Below are positions 57,651 to 64,000 of a stretch of 64,000 nucleotides of DNA, piece by piece. Made by a program: the position numbers and the translations under genes. This stretch comes from a virus (lineage: Duplodnaviria > Caudoviricetes). Positions within the stretch are counted from its first letter, which is position 1; each line of letters opens with the position of its first letter. The stretch lies in the IMG/VR virus record IMGVR_UViG_3300007770_000001. One strand, given 5' to 3'. The notes under the pieces were generated by a model. That model had not been told where the DNA came from. It was given only the letters and a program-made list of their open reading frames with translations, and did not search any database.

Positions 57651-59879
57651 ATGACTGATTCACGCCGCCAAGCTGTCCGCGCCGTCATTGCTGGGTCATG
57701 GGGATACCTCCCCTGGGAAGGTGATGGTCCTCATGATGAGCGTTGGCGTGTCCTAAACAAGGTGAAGTCCAAGCCGGCCTTCGACTACCTCAAGAAGGAG
57801 CTGACCCGCATCCGGAAGCAGAGCGAGGATCCTGAGAGAGACAACGTGTTCGAGTACTGGACCTGGTTGGGCGCTCTGTTCCTCTCTTCAGACTCCCTCT
57901 ACGCTGCGGTGCCAAAGCCACTCCTGAAGGAAGCTCTCAAGGCGCTGGACGAGATGCGGGACTGTGGGGGATACGAGGCCTGGGTCGCCCAGTGGAAGGA
58001 GCCGGGGAGCATCGGTCCCGCGCGCAAGGAAGTCAAGGAAGCCCTGGAGCAAGCTCTGAAGAAGCCTGCTCCTCTCCACATGTGGCGCACTGATTTTGAG
58101 AAAACGTCGGCGCTCCGTGTGCTTCTGAAGTTCGCAGAGACTCGAGACCCCAACGACTTCGGCACCAAGACGCACGTGACCCACAACTCGGAGATGGGCC
58201 TCCCCACCGGGAACAATGGGTCTGATGAGGTGTCATATTCGGCTCTCCCCCCGGATGCTGCCCATCCGGGAGCCCACGGCCGGGCAATCGGTCCCACCAA
58301 CTTCAACACTCCGGATATGGACCGCGACCTCCAGCCCCGGACTCTGGGTGTCCCTGGTGCTCAGACAACCGAGCACCCTGTCAACGACACTACGGATGGA
58401 ATCGTGACCCGTAGACCCCAAGCTTCCGGCTCCTGTACGATGGGACACTCCCTGGGATGGATCTCACCGAAGGGAGTGATTCATCGCATCCATGTAGATC
58501 ACGGAGTATGGGCTCTCAATCGTTTCGAGAAGGATCCTCAGTTCCTGGCCTGGCGAGGGCCCAAGCCCAAGTTCGGGAAGTCTCCTCGTGATTGGCTTGT
58601 ATCTACAGGTTGGGTGGCTGTCACGAATCTGTACGCAATACAGATCGGCGGGGGCCTCAAGGACCTCTCCCCAGGGGCACGTCAGGGGCTCCTGGAGCTC
58701 ATCAATGACTGTGCAGGCTCTGCGATTGTAGACCCCTCCAAGACTGTCTTCTTGGACCAGGAGAAGGGAAACGCCTCGGATTCCCGAAGGATCCCTCTCG
58801 AGGAGTTCGTCAAGGAAATCGGCGGGCAGAAGGCTCAGGACGAGTTCTTCGATGCGCTCCTGTCCCGAAGGGCCTTCCTCCGTCTGGCCGTGTGGAAGCA
58901 GAGGTGGAAGCCCGGCAAACGGCGGCGGAAGCAGAGGGGACAGGCTCGAGCCAAGAGTCGCGCCTACTACCGCAAGAACCGGGCGAAGCTCCTTCGGAAG
59001 CAGAGGCGTCGTCGGTCCAAGAGCTCCTGGAAGAACAACCCTGCTCGGAAGCGGAGCGAGGCGCGGCGGAAGAAGCAGAACCGGAAGATGATTGGCTCTC
59101 GCTTCTCCGTCAACATCCGCCGGGTGGCTCTCCTGGCTTCCAACTATGCGGTTCCTACAGAGCGGGGTGGGGAGAACGGACGCCCCCAACGTCGACAGCG
59201 CACCACGGACAAGCGCAAGGACCAGATTCGGTATCGAAAGAACAAGAACCAAAACCGGCTGAAGTCCCGTCGTCGCTACCACCTGAAGTGCAAGAAGAAT
59301 CCTCGTTGTATGAAGCGACGCGAGATGTACCGGAAGAACCCGGGACGCTACGAGAGACGTGCGCCCAAGAACGCTTCGGTCCTCACGATTCCGCAGATCA
59401 CCTTCGTCCTGGGTCCGGAGCACCTCCTCTGCCACGTTCACTCGGTCTCTCCCCTGACCGGCGTCGTCACCTTCCAGGTCCATGAGCGGGATGTGTCTCC
59501 CATCGCGTCCCTCCCTGTAGAGGTCCTCCTCCGCGTAGCGACCTTCATGTCGGATGCGGATACCCTGGCCTTCATGGAGCTCGTAGAGACCGAAATCGGT
59601 CTGGATGCCTATGAGGATCTGGACCACGAGGGTCTCTTGGCTTGCGCCCAGATCCAGGGCTATGACGTGGCTTCCGAAGAGTTCTCGGCCAAATGCGCTC
59701 CGTTCACGGACGGGCTGGGTCTCGAAGATCTCCAGCCTGCCAACATCGAGCTGATCGCAGATGCTCTGATCGACGGGGCTCACCTGGCCCCTGCCCCTCC
59801 GGAGAACGTGGATGTTGAGGATATCGACTTCTCCTCCCACCTGTTCTATGGCCAAGTGAGCCACAGAGAGGAATCATGA
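57651..59879 (+). CDS. Mosaic protein with WISPxG domain, long Arg/Lys-rich tract and acidic C-terminus
   Basis: 742 aa, coupled to the next gene. Confidence 0.7.
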   Translation: MTDSRRQAVRAVIAGSWGYLPWEGDGPHDERWRVLNKVKSKPAFDYLKKELTRIRKQSEDPERDNVFEYWTWLGALFLSSDSLYAAVPKPLLKEALKALDEMRDCGGYEAWVAQWKEPGSIGPARKEVKEALEQALKKPAPLHMWRTDFEKTSALRVLLKFAETRDPNDFGTKTHVTHNSEMGLPTGNNGSDEVSYSALPPDAAHPGAHGRAIGPTNFNTPDMDRDLQPRTLGVPGAQTTEHPVNDTTDGIVTRRPQASGSCTMGHSLGWISPKGVIHRIHVDHGVWALNRFEKDPQFLAWRGPKPKFGKSPRDWLVSTGWVAVTNLYAIQIGGGLKDLSPGARQGLLELINDCAGSAIVDPSKTVFLDQEKGNASDSRRIPLEEFVKEIGGQKAQDEFFDALLSRRAFLRLAVWKQRWKPGKRRRKQRGQARAKSRAYYRKNRAKLLRKQRRRRSKSSWKNNPARKRSEARRKKQNRKMIGSRFSVNIRRVALLASNYAVPTERGGENGRPQRRQRTTDKRKDQIRYRKNKNQNRLKSRRRYHLKCKKNPRCMKRREMYRKNPGRYERRAPKNASVLTIPQITFVLGPEHLLCHVHSVSPLTGVVTFQVHERDVSPIASLPVEVLLRVATFMSDADTLAFMELVETEIGLDAYEDLDHEGLLACAQIQGYDVASEEFSAKCAPFTDGLGLEDLQPANIELIADALIDGAHLAPAPPENVDVEDIDFSSHLFYGQVSHREES

Positions 59880-61735
59880 GCCACACGTTCCTGTATGATC
59901 GGGAGTCTCCCGACCAGCCTGAGAAGGCTGGGAACCCGTTCCCCCAAGGAGAGGCCCCTGGGAACTCTGGTGGGAATTCCCCCGCTCACGACAGCATGAA
60001 CCCCGCCTCGTCGAAAGTGATCCCCGACCACCTCAAGCATGGCTTCAAGCTCGAGCTGAATCCCGCGTGGGTGTCCCAGGTTCGGGAGGTCATTCGGAGA
60101 GGTCTTCGTCGCAAGTCGAGCCTGGTGTTCCGCCCCAAAGGGTGGAGAGCACTTGGGAGCGAAGCCCTCCAGGAAATGGGGTCTTGGCCTCGGAACCTGG
60201 TGTGGCGGGGAATGACCCAGGCGGAGTTCAAGAACACCGTGGGGTCTCTCAAACCTATCTGGAGTACTGGAAGATTCTCCCTGGAGGGGGAGGGCACCAA
60301 CTTTGCGGAGGACCCGCGAGATGCCGAGTCCTATGTGAACTTTGGTCGTGACGACCCTCGCAATACCAACCAGAACACGTATCTTGTGGGGGTCCGGCGC
60401 CATCCGGATATGAGAAAGGAACGGGACGGATACATCAAGATGCCCTCTCCCCTACCTCTCGATTTTGTTGAGGTGGTGTGGGAGATGTATCCTGAGGAAG
60501 GGGCCGTGGTTGGGAGGACAATCCGATCCTCAACCCGGACAGCCGCGACCTCTCGGGACATACTGGATAGGACGTCCAGAAAGGTCCTGGACAGCGCGCG
60601 CAGGGTTCGGCTCACCCCGGTAGCCTCGGGGGAGCGGGACGGCGTCTACACCCTCCGAGCAGCCGGGAGCAGCGGCACACATACGGTCAAGATCCGGACT
60701 TCCCGGAACCACGTCTGGTGTGCCTGCTCGTGCCCCTTCTGGCAATACCAGGGACCCGAGTTCTGGGCCAAGAATGGCGGCTATCTTCTGGGAGATCCCC
60801 GAGGAACAGCAACCCGTCCCGACAAGAGAGATCCCAAGGGGCAGAACTGGTGCTGCAAGCACGTAGCTGCCGCTCTCCGGATGTATCCAGAGGTGCGGGG
60901 GAAGACAGCTTCCTTCCATGCCCTGCCCTGTCCCAAGCGCGTTGCTATCCGGTTTGCTATCTCGAGGATGGAGCATTCCTGGGCTTGGATCTCCCCCTCG
61001 GGTCGGTTCATCGAAATCAGGGATCACGGTCGTTGGGCTTGGAAGAATCACCCAGATATCCTTCTCTCGTATGCCCTGGAGGAATGGCCCTCCCACTACA
61101 AAGCCCCTGCTGGATACATGGAGGACATCCTTCCATCCTTGACCCGTGATTCAAGAATTGTTGAGAGACAGGACACTCCCGGGTTGGTCGGAACCGAGGT
61201 CCTCCAGTTGAACTCCTCTGTCTTGAACTCTCGTCGGTTCAAGTCTCGTCAAAGATGGATGGATGTCCTGGGCAAGGGCTATTGGCTCCCTCATGAAAGG
61301 CTCTCCCGAGAGGAAGAGAAGTTCATCGAGCGGGCGCATCAGGAGCACGGGTCCGTATTCTCAAAGGAGACACGGGTCCTGGAAGACTCCCCAGCCAACA
61401 AGGCTCGTCGGAAGTTCTGGAAAAAGGAGCGTCAGAGGATTGGGATGGATCTCCGGGAATGGGCCTCTCGGGCTCTTCACGAAGATGGATGGATGTCCGC
61501 TTCCAATACCCAATCTGTGAGCTTGGCGGACGGAGAGAAGGGGAACCGTGCCCAGTGGGACGCCTTCTTCCGAGTGGTGCTCTCAGAGTTCGAGAAGTCC
61601 CGCCAGAAAGAACTTCCTCCCGATCTCTATGTCACCACCCCCCGGACTATCCGAACGCTCTCTTATGAGGATGCTTTGGAACAGAAGGCCAGCAAGAGAA
61701 CCCAGGACGCCTTCTATGAGTGGCTTCTCAGGTAG
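59876..61735 (+). CDS. Mosaic protein: ART-like segment + SWIM zinc finger + WISPxG domain
   Basis: SWIM WCACSCPFW...CKHVAAAL is clear; WRGMTQAEF...GTNFAEDPRDAESY is ART-like (weaker). Confidence 0.7.
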   Translation: MSHTFLYDRESPDQPEKAGNPFPQGEAPGNSGGNSPAHDSMNPASSKVIPDHLKHGFKLELNPAWVSQVREVIRRGLRRKSSLVFRPKGWRALGSEALQEMGSWPRNLVWRGMTQAEFKNTVGSLKPIWSTGRFSLEGEGTNFAEDPRDAESYVNFGRDDPRNTNQNTYLVGVRRHPDMRKERDGYIKMPSPLPLDFVEVVWEMYPEEGAVVGRTIRSSTRTAATSRDILDRTSRKVLDSARRVRLTPVASGERDGVYTLRAAGSSGTHTVKIRTSRNHVWCACSCPFWQYQGPEFWAKNGGYLLGDPRGTATRPDKRDPKGQNWCCKHVAAALRMYPEVRGKTASFHALPCPKRVAIRFAISRMEHSWAWISPSGRFIEIRDHGRWAWKNHPDILLSYALEEWPSHYKAPAGYMEDILPSLTRDSRIVERQDTPGLVGTEVLQLNSSVLNSRRFKSRQRWMDVLGKGYWLPHERLSREEEKFIERAHQEHGSVFSKETRVLEDSPANKARRKFWKKERQRIGMDLREWASRALHEDGWMSASNTQSVSLADGEKGNRAQWDAFFRVVLSEFEKSRQKELPPDLYVTTPRTIRTLSYEDALEQKASKRTQDAFYEWLLR

Positions 61736-61764
61736 CTGGGTATCTTGGAGTCTCTGGAGACCTC

Positions 61765-62148
61765 ATGCCGACCTATACCTACCACTGCGATGCCTGTGAC
61801 CACCCCTTCGAGAAGATCCTTCGGATGTCCCAGTATGCGGATCCTCAGGACTGTCCGGAGTGTGGAGGGGCCGCTCGGAAGACTGTATCTCCTGTAGGAT
61901 TCGTCCTCAAGGGAGATGGCTGGACAGGGAAGAACCTCAAGATCAAGCGCCAGATGGCCAAGAAGAACCAGCGTCTTGATGCCAAGGCAGCGGACCGCCG
62001 TCGCTCCTCCTCGGGGCCCAAGTTGGTCCCCAATGTCGGCGGGGAGCGGACCGAGTCTTGGTCCGATGCTGGGAAGCTCGCCAAGTCCAAGGGGTTGGGC
62101 ACCTCGGGATACGAGAAGAAGGCGGCTTCGGAGAAGTCCTCTTCCTGA
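61765..62148 (+). CDS. FmdB-family zinc ribbon protein
   Basis: MPTYTYHCDACDHPFE...CPECG...GFVLKGDGW. Confidence 0.85.
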   Translation: MPTYTYHCDACDHPFEKILRMSQYADPQDCPECGGAARKTVSPVGFVLKGDGWTGKNLKIKRQMAKKNQRLDAKAADRRRSSSGPKLVPNVGGERTESWSDAGKLAKSKGLGTSGYEKKAASEKSSS

Positions 62149-62198
62149 ACTCCGGTGGACCCCCTATCGCATCCCAAGTTTCCTGAGTAGGAGAGCCC

Positions 62199-62885
62199 GT
62201 GACGGTCTCGCCCAATCTGATCAAGAGATATGTTGGGGTCATCGACCTCACGATCCGTCGTCGGGCTGGAGTCTACTCGTACAAGGTTGGGGCGGCCCGT
62301 TCTCTGGATGCGGCGTTCACGGGGACCACTGAACTCGCGACGGTTCGGTCTGGGCGCCATGTCCGGAGCCGTACTCTCCGGAGAACTCGTCGGGGGATGG
62401 ACGCCATGTCCATCCGGAACCTGACCCGCTTCGCGTATGCCCCTGAGGATTTCGTCTCCGCGACCGTCCCCAGCGACGAAGAGATCGCGTTCATCCGTGT
62501 GTCCGAAGTTGACCTTGGAGGGAACGATCTCGGAGAAGGCCCTGTCCTGGTAGTGCCTCCCGCAGGATTCTTCGCCAGTGGCCGCAACACCCTCTTCCTG
62601 CCGGGAACTGGACCTGACGTGTCCGGTCTCGCAAACAATCTCCCCCCGCCTGATGCGCTCATCATCGACTTCCCAAAGTTCATCGATGAGCTCAACATCC
62701 AGAACACCGATGGAACGAACTCTCTGTTCGTGTCTCCGGGCCCGGGTCTCCCGGAGCGGGAAATCTCTGCTGGTGAAGACATCACGATCTACCAGGGCAG
62801 AGCGGGCCCTCTCTACATCAGAGGAGACTCAGCTGCCGTTGGATTCCAGATCACTGCTGTCCTTGTTAGCGGAATCCAGAGCTGA
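62199..62885 (+). CDS. Hypothetical (probable virion) protein
   Basis: GGAG RBS, CTAT element upstream. Confidence 0.65.
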   Translation: MTVSPNLIKRYVGVIDLTIRRRAGVYSYKVGAARSLDAAFTGTTELATVRSGRHVRSRTLRRTRRGMDAMSIRNLTRFAYAPEDFVSATVPSDEEIAFIRVSEVDLGGNDLGEGPVLVVPPAGFFASGRNTLFLPGTGPDVSGLANNLPPPDALIIDFPKFIDELNIQNTDGTNSLFVSPGPGLPEREISAGEDITIYQGRAGPLYIRGDSAAVGFQITAVLVSGIQS

Positions 62886-62961
62886 CTCTTCCAATAGATA
62901 GGAAATACCGCATCTCAAGGTAGGGTCCGAGCCCTGCACGTCTCCACGGAGTATTCCAACA

Positions 62962-63633
62962 ATGGCCAACACCGCATACGTCTGCCGGCTCCGGACCGAT
63001 ATCCCTGCCGGCACTCTCCAGCTGCTCGATCTGCAGCCCAACACCTCCAGCCGCAACCTCACCCTCGAGCCTGTCGGCCAGTCCGGCTACCTCGGGGACC
63101 GGGTCGAGAACGACACCCTTGCTGCCCTGACCGGCGGCACGGACACCGCTGCTGTGTACAAGGGTCTCGCCGCGTACCTCATCGACAACGTCATCGACGG
63201 CACCTCCAACGTCACGATCACGGTGACGGTCGCCAACGACGGGGCTGCTGGCCTCATCGCTCTGCTGGATGCCGGCTCTGCGCTGACCGAGGCTGCCATC
63301 AACGCTGACCTGATCGCCACGGGCGGAGCAGGAGCGGGCACCGACATCAACGCAAACAGCTCCTCGGGGAGTGTCAAGGACATTCTGAAGATCATGAGCG
63401 GCGGTAAGTACACCCTGCCCTCCGGATCGACGGTCGGTGGCCTCTCCGCTGCTGCGGAGCTCGGCTCCTTCGACGACGACGCCTACCGTCAGCTGTACGG
63501 AACGAGCGCCCTGCAGATCTCCTGCGGCTCGGGTCGGATCGCCACCTTTGCGGCGGCGGCCTTCTCGTACAGCGGGACTGCGGGTGCTGCCCTGGTCGTG
63601 TACGACCACGAGGGCAACGTCCTCTCCGCCTGA
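62962..63633 (+). CDS. Highly expressed structural protein of unknown role
   Basis: Codon bias like the capsid genes; rich in A/G/S/T. Confidence 0.7.
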   Translation: MANTAYVCRLRTDIPAGTLQLLDLQPNTSSRNLTLEPVGQSGYLGDRVENDTLAALTGGTDTAAVYKGLAAYLIDNVIDGTSNVTITVTVANDGAAGLIALLDAGSALTEAAINADLIATGGAGAGTDINANSSSGSVKDILKIMSGGKYTLPSGSTVGGLSAAAELGSFDDDAYRQLYGTSALQISCGSGRIATFAAAAFSYSGTAGAALVVYDHEGNVLSA

Positions 63634-63728
63634 TCCAGTTCTCCTTTGAGGACGTTGCCCCGTCCTCCTTGGCCTGTCGCGTCTGCGTTCTCCGGTTCGT
63701 GGACGCGACTCTGCGTTTGGGAGGCTGA

Positions 63729-63956
63729 ATGTTCAGGACCAAGGATCTGTACTTCGCCGCGTACCTGAAGGTCGCCGCCCTCACCTATGTGGGGACTGAG
63801 CGAGAGGGGGCTCAAGTCACCTGGGTCTTCGAACATCCAGGTCGGGATGTCCTCGGGGCTCTACGTCATCAGTTCTACGCGGATACGGCGCGGGTCCCTG
63901 CCCTCTCCTTTGTTCAGGCGATCAAGGATCTCAAGCGTTCCGTCTATCGGGAGTAG
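63729..63956 (+). CDS. Small protein resembling DUF5659
   Basis: GGAGG RBS; FRTKDLYFAAYL pattern. Confidence 0.55.
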   Translation: MFRTKDLYFAAYLKVAALTYVGTEREGAQVTWVFEHPGRDVLGALRHQFYADTARVPALSFVQAIKDLKRSVYRE

Positions 63957-64000
63957 TGGAGTAGAGAAGCTATCTCTCCCCCCTGATAGGAGGTCCTCAT

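Overview
A 64-kb, GC-rich segment of a large tailed dsDNA phage (standard genetic code; no tRNA, rRNA, CRISPR array or integrase seen). The + strand carries a morphogenesis module: terminase large subunit, portal, neck protein, a block of probable head-internal proteins, prohead protease, scaffold, decoration protein, major capsid protein, three tail-fibre/spike-like proteins and a 1780-aa baseplate-like protein. An accessory block at about 45.7-57.6 kb holds pyrC and pyrD, a HAD-like protein, two degenerate RecA-like genes, a 5'-3' flap exonuclease, a four-gene paralog array and a vWA protein. Main observations: (1) Two unrelated free-standing homing endonucleases each sit at the 3' end of a host gene. 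In both cases the host C-terminal codons occur twice, as a synonymously recoded copy upstream and a stranded copy downstream. (2) A position-locked N-terminal motif MxxxPx[KR]VAxx[FW] is shared by unrelated candidate head-internal proteins, and [KR]xA motifs punctuate a 2H-phosphoesterase/topoisomerase IB/pyrophosphatase-like polyprotein and the scaffold. Together these suggest a capsid-targeting and protease-processing cargo system. (3) A CTAT element lies 29-35 nt upstream of nine mostly structural starts. All functional calls come from motif recognition by eye; no database searches were run.
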